Shown here piece by piece: positions 50,470-64,000 of a stretch of 64,000 nt of DNA. The stretch covers positions 236,532,001-236,596,000 of the forward strand of contig CM097885.1 of assembly GCA_044892525.1 (NCBI GenBank), written 5' to 3'. The stretch is from Schmidtea polychroa. Taxonomy: Eukaryota. Each line of letters starts with the position of its first letter. The stretch's first letter is position 1. The notes below the pieces were generated by a model, which worked only from the letters and a program-made list of their open reading frames with translations, ran no database searches and was not told where the DNA came from. A program made the translations under genes and the position numbers.

Positions 50470-51682
50470 GATATAGTTGCAGCAACAAATGATGGTGCTG
50501 CTGTTATAAAACAATTTGGCAAACTATCATTTATAATTAATCAACTATGCTATTCACACGTTATCCACTTACCAGTTACTGACGTGTTATATAAATCAAG
50601 AGAAATGGCTGAAGCCGAAGTAAATGTTTCAGGTGAAGAATCGGAAGATGAAGACAAATATAACGACTCTTTCAATTCTCTTTATTTTGTCTGTGATGCA
50701 AAATATAACATCACCATTTTGTCTGACAATTACAAACAATCAGTTTCACAAGTTAGAAAACTTTGTAATTTTTTTTTAGAAAATCTAGAGTAAGAAACAA
50801 CATTCTTCAAAATTATATCAAACAAGAAAAAGAGAAGGAATTAAATTTAATTATTGACTGTAAAACAAGGTGGAATAGTATAGACCAGTGCTTCTCAAAT
50901 TGGTGGTCTGCAGAACATTTTTGTAAATTTTATTTTATTTTTAAGCATTAAAATATTTACAATAGCACAAACAGGCACATCCATCACATTAGTGTATTCA
51001 TTAATAAATTTTTTTAAATTGTTTATTTGTTACTTTTTTAATAAATATTCCTACAACGCAGTACTTCTACAACGCGATTCCTAAAATGCGGAAATTTTCC
51101 TACAACGCGGCATTTTTAGGAACCTATCTACCGCGTTGTAGGAGGGTTACCTGTAATTAAAATTTATGTTTTTGGATTAGGAAATAATAGCCGGTCCGCG
51201 ACACAAAAAAGTCTGAGAAGCAATGGTATTAATGGACATTATTGAAAGATTTCTGGCAGTAAAAAATATGTCGTTTTATCATTAAATGATGTTGGATTTG
51301 CTCATATGTGGAATGAAGATCATTATCTTAAAATTGTAGAACTTCATAATGTCTTGGGACCGATTCGTTTAGCAGCTGAAATTTAGGGCAACGAGACGCC
51401 GATTTTTTAACAAGTGAAGGTATATTTGAATTTTTATTGAATGAACTAAAAACTTTAAACATTGAAATAAGTTTAAAATTATTATATTCGTTAGAAGAAC
51501 GGATTCAAGAAAGAAGTCAAGTAGAATTAGTAACTCTTTTGCTGTATTTGAAAAATCCGCAAAACATTTCCAGTTCTGGAAGGAAATCTAGTGTACTTTC
51601 TTTAGCTTCAAAAACCAAAATTATTGAGTTTTCAGAAAAAATATTGTACAGAATATTTTCAATATATGTTGGGGTTCAATAG
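50470..51682 (+). mobile_element. hAT transposase relic interrupted by a MITE
   Basis: ATNDGAAV, CYSHVIHL and LIIDCKTRWNS before the insertion. The coding remains resume after 51225. Confidence 0.75.
50886..51225. mobile_element. hAT-type MITE containing a pogo/Tigger-like MITE end (about 51045-51155)
   Basis: TIRs CAGTGCTTCTCA and TGAGAAGCAATG. Inside: repeated CTACAACGC and the terminus GCGTTGTAGGAGGGTTACCTG-TA. Confidence 0.65.
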
Positions 51683-52699
51683 GAGCCAAGATAAGGAAAT
51701 AAAGACAAGTAGGAAAGAAATAAAGACAAATTAAAAATAGTATTTAAAAATTACCTAAAATAGAAAACAATTACTAATATTAGAACCAAAATATAAATAG
51801 TAATAAACAATTACTATATTTAGATTTTAAATAATAGTAGTATTTAAATAAAAAATATGTAGTAAAAATAGTAATTAAATAATTACTATTTATAGAATAA
51901 ATTAAATAAAAGTAGTATAAATATAATTATAAATTTCAGTTAAGGGGGACAAAAAACCATAGGAGAGAGGAAAGGAAAAGAAAAAGAATACATTTTAGGA
52001 GGCTCGCTAATAAATAAAACTAAATCAAAGCTAATTTTAGAAACCAATCAAGATAGTTCTAATTTCTATAGGAATTTTACTAGCAGAATAATTATCGATC
52101 AGTGATATCTATTGCGGATTATATTATTTCATAAGTGTTCATCATTATTCGGGAGTTAAAAATTTCTACTTAGTCTATTGATTATTTACGGTAATAATAA
52201 ATATTCAAATTTTAATATTTAAACATTTAAATATATCTAAAGGGTACAGTCATCAGCCAAAATTTTTGTATCTGTTTTGACTGTTTTAAATAAAACTATT
52301 AACCATTTATCTGGGTTAATAGTTTCGCGATTAAATTTCGATTATCCCTCTTCTTTATCCTGGCACATATATCGGGCTGTTGGCGCATTTAGGGCCAGCC
52401 TTGATTCTTACAAGTAGTCTTTAGGGCGGTTTGAATAATCGTTATCTTAACTTGAGTGCAGTCTGTATTTATTGTTTTTGACAATCAAGTTTTTCTGAAA
52501 TTTAAATTAACCTGAATAAATTTTTATAAATCATATTGTTTATTTATTGAATATCAATAAAATTCTCGCGCAACCTAATAATATCATTGGAGTCTAATTT
52601 AAACTACCCATCGAACCTAACATATATAGAATATTCCCAATATAAATAAAATTGTTCCAACTTTTTATTACGCAATTGTTCCAACTCACATTTTTTGCT

Positions 52700-53475
52700 T
52701 TCAGGGATTTTGGGTACAAATTTTTTTTTATCAGACTATAGTGAGGGGGTCTCTATGGTCCTGGGATTTTCAATACAAAAAAATTTTTTCTATACAAGAA
52801 CGATGGTCCTGGGATTTTCAATACAAAAAAAATTTTTTCAATACAAAAACGATGGTCCTGGGATTTTCAATACAAAAAATTTTTTTCAATACAAAAACGA
52901 TGGTCCTGGGATTTTCAATACAAAAAAATTTTTTTCAATACAAAAACGATGGTCCTGGGATTTTCAATACAAATAAAATTTTTTCTATACAAAAATCCGA
53001 CTACCACTAAAAAAGCCAAGGATTTTTCAGACTATAGTGAGGTGAGTCTCCTAGAACCTGAGAAATAGGTGGTCTACACTAAAAAACGTGGTAATTTAAG
53101 GTCTCAGGATATTTTCAATACAAAAATCCGACTACCACTAAAAAAGCATGGTAATTTAAGGTCTCAGGATATTTTCAATACAAAAAGCTGGTCTACACTA
53201 AAAAAGCCAAGGATTTTTCAGACTATAGTGAGGCGAGTCTCCTTGGTCCTGAGAAATAGGTGGTCTACACTAAAAAAACGTGGTAATTTAAGGTCTCAGG
53301 ATATTTTCAATACAAAAAGCTGGTCTACACTAAAAAAGCATGGTAATTTAAGGTCTCAGGATATTTTCAATACAAAAATCTGGTCTACACTAAAAAAGCC
53401 AAGGATTTTTCAGACTATAGTGAGGTGGGTCTCCTTGGTCCTGAGAAATAGGTGGTCTACACTAAAAACGTGGTA
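52700..53475. repeat. Composite tandem repeat (about 49-bp unit, then about 60-bp and 190-bp higher-order units)
   Basis: ATGGTCCTGGGATTTTCAATACAAAAA x5; GGTAATTTAAGGTCTCAGGATATTTTCAATACAAAAA x4; CAGACTATAGTGAGG x4. Confidence 0.9.
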
Positions 53476-54125
53476 AATTTTTCAATTAAAGTAAATTATG
53501 GTTCTAAAAATTGAAATTAAAGTAAATAATGGTCCAAATTTTAAAATTAAAGTAAATTATGGTTCTAAAAATAAAATTATAGTAAATTATGGCTCAAATT
53601 TTTAAATTACAATAAATTATGGTCCAAATTTTTAAATTAAAGTAAATTATGGTTCTAAAAATTGAATTACAGTAAATAATGGTTCTAAAAATTAAATTAA
53701 AGTAAATTATGGTTCTAAAATATTAAATTAAAGTAAATAATGGTCCAGATTTTTCAATTAAAGTAAATAATGGTCCAAATTTTAAAATTAAAGTAAATTA
53801 TGGTTCTAAAAATTAGATTATAGTAAATTATGGCTCAAATTTTTAAATTACAGTAAATTATGGTCCTAAAAAATTAAATTAAAGTAAATTATGGCTCAAA
53901 TTTTTCAATTACAGTAAATAATGGTTCTAAAAATTGAATTAAAGTAAATTATGGTCCAAATTTTTAAATTAAAGTAAATTATGGTTCTAAAAATTAAATT
54001 AAAAGTAAATTATGGTTCTAAATTTTTCAATTACAGTAAATTATGGTCCAAATTTTGAATTACAGTAAATTATGGTTCTAAAAATTAAATTAAAGTAAAT
54101 TATGGTCCAAATTTTAAAATTAAGT
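53476..54125. repeat. Minisatellite with a unit of about 30 bp (AGTAAATTATGGT(T/C)C...)
   Basis: About 20 tandem variants. Confidence 0.92.
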
Positions 54126-54429
54126 AATCAATGGTAAAAAATTTTAAATAAGTAAATTAAAGTAATAATTTTTAAATTAAGTAATCAATGGTAAAAAATT
54201 TTAAATAAGTAAATTAAAGTAAGATTTTAAAATTTATTAACAAAAAGTTGAAGGTGTTTGAGAATTGAAATTTTTTAATGAAAATTTTTATGGAATAATT
54301 TTTTAAGTAATTTTTAATGGACATTTTTAAGAAATATTTTTCAATGATAATTTTAGATGGAAATTTTTAAGATAATTTTTAATGAAAATTTTTATGAAAT
54401 ATTTTTCAAAGACAAATTTTAATAATAAT

Positions 54430-55630
54430 TCAACAACAAACCAACAACTTAGTACCAACAACCAGTAACTTATGAACATGTATTAACAACCAGATACCTA
54501 CAACTAGTTACTAACAACCAGTTACCTGATACCAGATACCTACAACCAGATACCTACAACTAGTTACTAACAACTAGTTACCTGATACCAACTACTAACA
54601 ACCACCTACCCATTAACTAGCTACAACCAACTAACAACTAGCTACCACCTAGCAAGTACTAACAACCACCATCAACCAGGTACTAAGCATTATTAACCAA
54701 CTACCAAGTACTTACAACAAGTTACTAACAACCAGTTACCTGATACCAAGTACCTACAACTAGATACCACGTACTAAATAACTCTCAAACAACCAAGTAC
54801 CTACAACTAATTACCAGATACCAAGTACTATCAACCAGCTAACAACCTGATACCAACAACTAACAACCAACTACCAAGTACTTACAACTAGTTACTAACA
54901 ACCAGTTACCTGATACCAAGTACCTACAACTAGATAACACGTACTAAATAACTCTCAAACAACCAAGTACCTACAACTAATTACCAGATACCAAGTACTA
55001 TCAACCAGCTAACAACCTGATACCAACTACTCACAACCAGATAACAACTAACAACCAGATACCAAGTACTTACAACTAGTTACTAACAACTAGCTACCAA
55101 CTACTAAGTACTAACAACCAACATCAACCAGGTACTAAGCATTTTCAACCAAGTACTAACAACTAGATACCTAGTTACTAACAACCCGCTAACAACTAAC
55201 AACTAGATACCAAGTACCAGTAAATTACGAACATGTATTAACAACCAGATACCTACAACTAGTTACTAACAACTAGTTACCTGATAGCAACCAACTAGCT
55301 ACCAACTACTAAGTACCTACAACCAACATCAACCAGGTACTAAGCATTAATTACCAACTACTAAGTACCTACAACCAACTAACAACCACCTACCAAGTAC
55401 TAAGCATTATCAACCAACTACTAAGTACCTACAACCAATTAGCTACCACCTACCAAGTACTAACAACCAGTTACCAACTACTAAGCATTAATTACCTACA
55501 ACTAGTTACTAACAACTAGCTACCAAGTACATACAACCAGACACTAAGCATTATCAACCAAGTACTAACAACCAAGTAACTTGCCTAGTACTAAGCACTG
55601 TCAACTAGATACCAAACACTTACAACCAGA
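54430..55630. repeat. A/C-rich, strand-biased degenerate repeat built from short words (AACAACC, AGATACC, AAGTACT)
   Basis: Recurrent short words and a duplication of about 183 bp (54700-54880 and 54885-55030). Confidence 0.85.
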
Positions 55631-55846
55631 AGACCACATGAAATTATTGGTTAAATATGAAAATAAGGATTATATTTAGTTGTTAAGTAAATTATGGTGT
55701 AAAATTAAGAAATAAAGAATAATTAGGTAAATTAAGGATAAGTAAATTAAAGTAAGATTTTTAAATTTATTATCAAAAGATTGAATAACCACCAACTTTT
55801 TTGAGAAATGTAATTTATAATGAAAATTTAAATGGAAATTTAAATG

Positions 55847-55866
<20 letters not shown>

Positions 55867-55906
<40 letters not shown>

Positions 55907-58900
55907 TACTAATAATTCAACAGTTACCAACAATCGGTTACTGATTATTTTTTAACTAGGTGCTAACAAATACTTACACCATGATACCACGTACTAACTA
56001 ACTCTCAAACAACCAGATACTTACAACTAACTACTAAATATTCTTTATTGTATTTTATGAAATGCTTTTTAAATTAATTTTTTATCTATCTTCAAAAATA
56101 TATTTAATTACAATCATTAGAAAAACCTTTTCAAATTTAACAAAAATGTTGATTTTCATCAAAAAACCACAACTCATCACCACGTGGAATTCAAAATAAT
56201 TTTAATTACAATGAAAGACTAATGAATTCTAATTTACAAAACATTCTTCTTTTAAATGATAACTTATTATTGCAATGTAAAAATCGCATTCAATAAATAC
56301 TTATTGTTGATCAGTTTTATTATATATACTCTGAGTTTATCCGACAGGATGTTTTGACCCCCTAAGGGTACTGGTCGTAAGGGTATTAGTCGTAAGGGTA
56401 CTAGTCGTAGGGGTATTGGTAACTCTCAACCCCCCACCTACCCATTAAGTAGTTACTATCAATCAGCTAACAACTAGATACCATGTACTAACAACCACCA
56501 TCAAAACCCATCGAGAAATTAACAACACTGTACCAACTACCAAATACAAGATACCAAGTACCAACAATCAACTAACAACACATAAAAATAATAGCAATTA
56601 AATAAAAAAAATTATTCTTCATCGCATACACTATTTTCTTATCAAAATCTAAAAAGTCAACCAACTACTTACAACCAACAACTATGTACTAACAAATTGA
56701 TCTTTAAAAGCAAATACTCATCACTTGAAAAAATTAGATGAAAAATTAATTGAACTCAAGGCACTTTTAAGATATTTGAACTCAAGGCATCAATAACTTG
56801 GTAAAAATTGATTAAATTATTGTAAAAATTTAAATTATTCAAAATATACTAAATTAAAAAAATATAATTAATGGACAAGAAAGAACTTTAAATTCTAGTC
56901 ATTGATCATTCAAGTTAATATGAATCAACTAAGATAATAAATTAATAAGAATTTTGAAATAAGATCTAGTAGATAATTGATTTAGATTGAATAAATTAAT
57001 TTAAATAAAATTAAATTTAATTATTTTTTTAAAAGTAATACATGTACTCAAATTGATTGACTGATTTCTCAATATATTCAAAAAATCAGTATAAATTCAT
57101 TACAATTATCAAAGTCAGCAATCTACAATAAAAATAATTATCATTAAATTCCAAAAGAGACTAGATAACTAATGATAACATCTAACAAACCAGTAAATTC
57201 ATTTAAATGACAATAATTGGTATATCCAAGTGAATTCTCCAATAAAATCATCTAAAAAGAATCATTTTCCCCTAAATATATCAATATTTAAAGATTGGTA
57301 TTTTAATGATAAGTACTTGTTAAAGATCATATATTCACCTCAAACTAACAAGATTCCTTAAAATCCCCTTAAATGACTACATTTCTATCCTTAATTCATA
57401 TTATTACAAATATCATCTAAAAAGCATCAAATTTCATTGAAATAACACTATCTTTAAAGATTGATATTTTAAAGATAAGTACTCATAAAAGACTATATAT
57501 TCACCTCAAACTAACAAGATTCCTTAAAATCTCTTAAATGACTATATTTCTACCCTTAATCCATATTATTACAAATATTTCACTAAAATCATCTAAAAAG
57601 CATCAAATTTCCCTGAAATAACTATCTTTAAAGATTAGTATTTTATCGATAAATATCCTTAAAAGGTTATATATTTACCTCAGACTAATAAGATTGCTTA
57701 AAATCCCCTTTAAATGACTTTAATTCCTATTATCACGAATATTATAAAACATGTAAAATAATTTGGTCATTAACCCTAAATAATTGATAAAATCTAATGA
57801 TAAAACCGGTTATAATTAACTTTTTGTTAATCACTTTACTCGAAATTTAAAATAAATATAACTGACTAGGTCCCATTAAAAGATTAAATTTATCCATTCA
57901 ATAAAATATATTTCTTCAAATGGTCAACTTTTGTCGTTGTCCATCTAAATAAAGATAAAAATAATTTAAAGTTGATATCAATCCCATTTATCTGTAAAGT
58001 TTTCATCGTCAAAACCAAGTAAATCGACATTGTTCTAAAACATAAATCTAAATTAATATACAATGAATTAATCACAATCTAATAAAACGATATAATTATT
58101 ATTGATACATAACTGACTAATGTATTGACATTTCCCTTAAAACAATGATATTTTACCAACATCACCATTAAAAAAATCATATATTCCCATCTTAACCCAT
58201 GTCTCATCAAATTTAACCGACTATATTCCCATCTTAACCCATTCCTCATTAAAGTCAATCGACTATATCTCCCTTACAATGATATATTCCCATCTTAACC
58301 CATCTCACATTAAATCTAACCGACTATATCCCCTTAAAAGATCATATTTTCCCCATCTTAACCGATCACTCATTAAATCTCACCGACAATATCCCATCTT
58401 ATCCGATCTCTCAGCAAATATTTCTACCCTTTTAAACATCTATCCGATTATATCCCTTATTTTCCCTAAAGATTTCACCCACTTGAGCCCTTTAATATAT
58501 ATCAATCCTCTTAAAATCCTCAGAGAACTTCAAAAATATGACTTTTAATTAATTGTTATAGAACCAGACAAATAATAAGAGCCCACTAAAAGATCAAAAT
58601 TCACTAAATTTTCTACAAATATATACCATCAAATACTGGAGATGATATATATTGATTGATCATAATTCTTCATCGATTCAGCCAATCATTTTCAAGCGCT
58701 ATCAGCAAACTAAATTTCAGTATATTCTACAATCATTTTCAAGTAAATTTAAATTCCTTGTTAAAGTTAACTAGTTTCTTAGCTCATGTTTTTTAAAGTT
58801 CATCAATGAGTAAATATTCTTAGAAAATTATTGAAAAAATTATTTAGTGAAATATATTACAAACTTATCATTAAAAATTTATTCTATCACTTGAAATTAA

Positions 58901-59445
58901 TTTTTATTTAAAAACTATTCAATAAAATACCACTAATTATCAAGAAATTAATTAAATTTATCAATTAAATTTATCACCATTAAAACTTTTAATCAGTCAA
59001 CATGAAATTCTTAGAAAATTGTTCAATATCCTCATAAAAATTTATCCTACCACTTGATTATTGTACAAACTCTAATTATTAACCTCATTAAAAATTAAAA
59101 ATACATCCAATTATCAAGAAATTAATTAAATTTATCTTAGAACTAACTTTGAATTATTAAATATTCATTCAATAATCATGAAATCCACAAAAATAATAGA
59201 AATTTACAAAAATCAAAGAAATTCACAAAAATGATAAAAATTCATGAAAATGATAGAAATTCACAAAAACGATAAAAATTCATAAAAATTATAGCAATTC
59301 GCAAAAATAATAGGAAATTCACAAAAATGATAGATATCCACAAAAATTACAGATAATCAAAAAAATTACGGAAAATAATAGAAATCCGCAAAAATAATAG
59401 AAATTCACAAAAAAACGATAAAAATTCACAAAAAAGATAGAAATT
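55867..59445 (+). repeat. Left arm of giant inverted repeat (visible part)
   Basis: Position x pairs with 119867-x. Mirrored ORFs 57890-58075/61792-61977 and 58279-58548/61319-61588 are identical. Confidence 0.97.
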
Positions 59446-60397
59446 AATCAATATCGGCGGAATATAATTGATTAAATATCGAAAAAAAATCAAAACATTT
59501 AAATTATTAAAGTACTTATTCAGAAATTAAAAAAAGACCTAATCAATAATTCTCAATAAAATACCAATCACAGCTTGTTATGTAATAAATTAGTCGCGGC
59601 TTGTTATGTAATAAACTAGTCACGGCTTGTTATGTAATAAACTAGCTTAAATTATATATCCTCCTCACTTATATTCACTATTATTCTCCACTATTTAATC
59701 CCTATATTTTCCACCGATTTTCCATTATCCCACTATTTAATCTCCTATATTCCCCCCGATTCTCCATTAATTATTCACTTATATCCCCTTGAATTTCCAT
59801 TAACCCGATATTTAATCAATTATATTCCGCCGATTTTGATTAATTATTCACTTAAAACATCCCCACAAATATTTGTTTTTTTTTTATTAAATTTATGAAT
59901 TTTATGAAATAATTTTAAATAAATTCAATTAATATACTTCCATTCTTATCAACCTTCATGTTATCCATGCCACTTCTCATTATTTATCTCCCATGATCCA
60001 TTAATGGATTATTCTACCAATTATTTTCACCCATTTGAATCGAGTAATGAATAATTTCCTCACTTTAATAAAGATTCTTACCACCTTCATTGTTAATTTT
60101 ATCAAAGTTTAAAGAATAATTCTCTTTACATTGCTTACCACTTTAGAATTTTTATCGAAATTTACGATAATTTGACTAATTCAATGATAAATGAGTTAAT
60201 TAATATATACTCTGAGTTTATCCGACAAAATATTCTGTCCCCCTATGGGTATTGCTCACAAGGGTACTACTCACATTCAACATGTCGCAAGGGTATTAGT
60301 CGTAAAGGTATTTAATGCTTTTATTTGAATGATTATTTAGGCAAATTTGTTGTTTAAGGTATTCATAATTTTTAGAGTTGATGGTTTTATTCAAGTA

Positions 60398-63300
60398 AAT
60401 TTCTATCTTTTTTGTGAATTTTTATCGTTTTTTTATTGTGAATTTTTATCGTTTTTTTGTGAATTTCTATTATTTTTGCGGATTTCTATTATTTTCCGTA
60501 ATTTTTTTGATTATCTGTAATTTTTGTGGATATCTATCATTTTTGTGAATTTCCTATTATTTTTGCGAATTGCTATAATTTTTATGAATTTTTATCGTTT
60601 TTGTGAATTTCTATCATTTTCATGAATTTTTATCATTTTTGTGAATTTCTTTGATTTTTGTAAATTTCTATTATTTTTGTGGATTTCATGATTATTGAAT
60701 GAATATTTAATAATTCAAAGTTAGTTCTAAGATAAATTTAATTAATTTCTTGATAATTGGATGTATTTTTAATTTTTAATGAGGTTAATAATTAGAGTTT
60801 GTACAATAATCAAGTGGTAGGATAAATTTTTATGAGGATATTGAACAATTTTCTAAGAATTTCATGTTGACTGATTAAAAGTTTTAATGGTGATAAATTT
60901 AATTGATAAATTTAATTAATTTCTTGATAATTAGTGGTATTTTATTGAATAGTTTTTAAATAAAAATTAATTTCAAGTGATAGAATAAATTTTTAATGAT
61001 AAGTTTGTAATATATTTCACTAAATAATTTTTTCAATAATTTTCTAAGAATATTTACTCATTGATGAACTTTAAAAAACATGAGCTAAGAAACTAGTTAA
61101 CTTTAACAAGGAATTTAAATTTACTTGAAAATGATTGTAGAATATACTGAAATTTAGTTTGCTGATAGCGCTTGAAAATGATTGGCTGAATCGATGAAGA
61201 ATTATGATCAATCAATATATATCATCTCCAGTATTTGATGGTATATATTTGTAGAAAATTTAGTGAATTTTGATCTTTTAGTGGGCTCTTATTATTTGTC
61301 TGGTTCTATAACAATTAATTAAAAGTCATATTTTTGAAGTTCTCTGAGGATTTTAAGAGGATTGATATATATTAAAGGGCTCAAGTGGGTGAAATCTTTA
61401 GGGAAAATAAGGGATATAATCGGATAGATGTTTAAAAGGGTAGAAATATTTGCTGAGAGATCGGATAAGATGGGATATTGTCGGTGAGATTTAATGAGTG
61501 ATCGGTTAAGATGGGGAAAATATGATCTTTTAAGGGGATATAGTCGGTTAGATTTAATGTGAGATGGGTTAAGATGGGAATATATCATTGTAAGGGAGAT
61601 ATAGTCGATTGACTTTAATGAGGAATGGGTTAAGATGGGAATATAGTCGGTTAAATTTGATGAGACATGGGTTAAGATGGGAATATATGATTTTTTTAAT
61701 GGTGATGTTGGTAAAATATCATTGTTTTAAGGGAAATGTCAATACATTAGTCAGTTATGTATCAATAATAATTATATCGTTTTATTAGATTGTGATTAAT
61801 TCATTGTATATTAATTTAGATTTATGTTTTAGAACAATGTCGATTTACTTGGTTTTGACGATGAAAACTTTACAGATAAATGGGATTGATATCAACTTTA
61901 AATTATTTTTATCTTTATTTAGATGGACAACGACAAAAGTTGACCATTTGAAGAAATATATTTTATTGAATGGATAAATTTAATCTTTTAATGGGACCTA
62001 GTCAGTTATATTTATTTTAAATTTCGAGTAAAGTGATTAACAAAAAGTTAATTATAACCGGTTTTATCATTAGATTTTATCAATTATTTAGGGTTAATGA
62101 CCAAATTATTTTACATGTTTTATAATATTCGTGATAATAGGAATTAAAGTCATTTAAAGGGGATTTTAAGCAATCTTATTAGTCTGAGGTAAATATATAA
62201 CCTTTTAAGGATATTTATCGATAAAATACTAATCTTTAAAGATAGTTATTTCAGGGAAATTTGATGCTTTTTAGATGATTTTAGTGAAATATTTGTAATA
62301 ATATGGATTAAGGGTAGAAATATAGTCATTTAAGAGATTTTAAGGAATCTTGTTAGTTTGAGGTGAATATATAGTCTTTTATGAGTACTTATCTTTAAAA
62401 TATCAATCTTTAAAGATAGTGTTATTTCAATGAAATTTGATGCTTTTTAGATGATATTTGTAATAATATGAATTAAGGATAGAAATGTAGTCATTTAAGG
62501 GGATTTTAAGGAATCTTGTTAGTTTGAGGTGAATATATGATCTTTAACAAGTACTTATCATTAAAATACCAATCTTTAAATATTGATATATTTAGGGGAA
62601 AATGATTCTTTTTAGATGATTTTATTGGAGAATTCACTTGGATATACCAATTATTGTCATTTAAATGAATTTACTGGTTTGTTAGATGTTATCATTAGTT
62701 ATCTAGTCTCTTTTGGAATTTAATGATAATTATTTTTATTGTAGATTGCTGACTTTGATAATTGTAATGAATTTATACTGATTTTTTGAATATATTGAGA
62801 AATCAGTCAATCAATTTGAGTACATGTATTACTTTTAAAAAAATAATTAAATTTAATTTTATTTAAATTAATTTATTCAATCTAAATCAATTATCTACTA
62901 GATCTTATTTCAAAATTCTTATTAATTTATTATCTTAGTTGATTCATATTAACTTGAATGATCAATGACTAGAATTTAAAGTTCTTTCTTGTCCATTAAT
63001 TATATTTTTTTAATTTAGTATATTTTGAATAATTTAAATTTTTACAATAATTTAATCAATTTTTACCAAGTTATTGATGCCTTGAGTTCAAATATCTTAA
63101 AAGTGCCTTGAGTTCAATTAATTTTTCATCTAATTTTTTCAAGTGATGAGTATTTGCTTTTAAAGATCAATTTGTTAGTACATAGTTGTTGGTTGTAAGT
63201 AGTTGGTTGACTTTTTAGATTTTGATAAGAAAATAGTGTATGCGATGAAGAATAATTTTTTTTATTTAATTGCTATTATTTTTATGTGTTGTTAGTTGAT

Positions 63301-63960
63301 TGTTGGTACTTGGTATCTTGTATTTGGTAGTTGGTACAGTGTTGTTAATTTCTCGATGGGTTTTGATGGTGGTTGTTAGTACATGGTATCTAGTTGTTAG
63401 CTGATTGATAGTAACTACTTAATGGGTAGGTGGGGGGTTGAGAGTTACCAATACCCCTACGACTAGTACCCTTACGACTAATACCCTTACGACCAGTACC
63501 CTTAGGGGGTCAAAACATCCTGTCGGATAAACTCAGAGTATATATAATAAAACTGATCAACAATAAGTATTTATTGAATGCGATTTTTACATTGCAATAA
63601 TAAGTTATCATTTAAAAGAAGAATGTTTTGTAAATTAGAATTCATTAGTCTTTCATTGTAATTAAAATTATTTTGAATTCCACGTGGTGATGAGTTGTGG
63701 TTTTTTGATGAAAATCAACATTTTTGTTAAATTTGAAAAGGTTTTTCTAATAATTGTAATTAAATATATTTTTGAAGATAGATAAAAAATTAATTTAAAA
63801 AGCATTTCATAAAATACAATAAAGAATATTTAGTAGTTAGTTGTAAGTATCTGGTTGTTTGAGAGTTAGTTAGTACGTGGTATCATGGTGTAAGTATTTG
63901 TTAGCACCTAGTTAAAAAATAATCAGTAACCGATTGTTGGTAACTGTTGAATTATTAGTA

Positions 63961-64000
<40 letters not shown>
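60398..64000 (-). repeat. Right arm of giant inverted repeat (runs off the window)
   Basis: Near-perfect reverse complement of 55867-59445. Confidence 0.97.

Noticed and set aside
52700..54125. CRISPR-like regular repeats and ORFs 52695-53476
   Set aside because: The intervening sequences are themselves repeated rather than unique spacers, there are no cas genes, and the context is eukaryotic. These are minisatellites.
57890..61977. Duplicated 61-aa and 89-aa ORFs
   Set aside because: They are identical only because of the inverted repeat. Low-complexity, with no recognisable motifs.

Overview
Very AT-rich eukaryotic DNA made up mostly of transposon debris and (TA)n/(AAT)n microsatellites. 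It resembles a planarian (Schmidtea-like) genome, which is my inference from composition and gene families. The only clearly intact host gene is an intronless rhodopsin-class GPCR (29319-30308, minus). The centrepiece is a 13.4-kb Polinton/Maverick (polintovirus) insertion at 32970-46355. It has 250-bp TIRs, a perfect 6-bp TSD (ATTGAT), and genes for pPolB (internally deleted), penton, adenain-like protease, packaging ATPase, a PLA2-integrase fusion and major capsid protein. Its non-coding right arm holds four co-oriented tRNA-like Pol III units, each with A-box and B-box starting exactly 44 nt apart, which suggests a VA-RNA-like viral small-RNA array. Each TIR is itself a 198-bp mini-element with 26-bp inverted ends, and a GC-rich TCCGAAGGTC motif recurs inside several unrelated genes. 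Other contents: two Ty3/Gypsy elements whose gag ATG is formed by the LTR/PBS junction, a Penelope-like element with a twin-priming-type 5' inversion, hAT and piggyBac relics, MITEs, RNF126-like and TMEM38-like host gene fragments, and a non-coding inverted repeat with arms of at least 3.5 kb that runs off the right edge. All protein assignments come from motif recognition by eye, not database searches.
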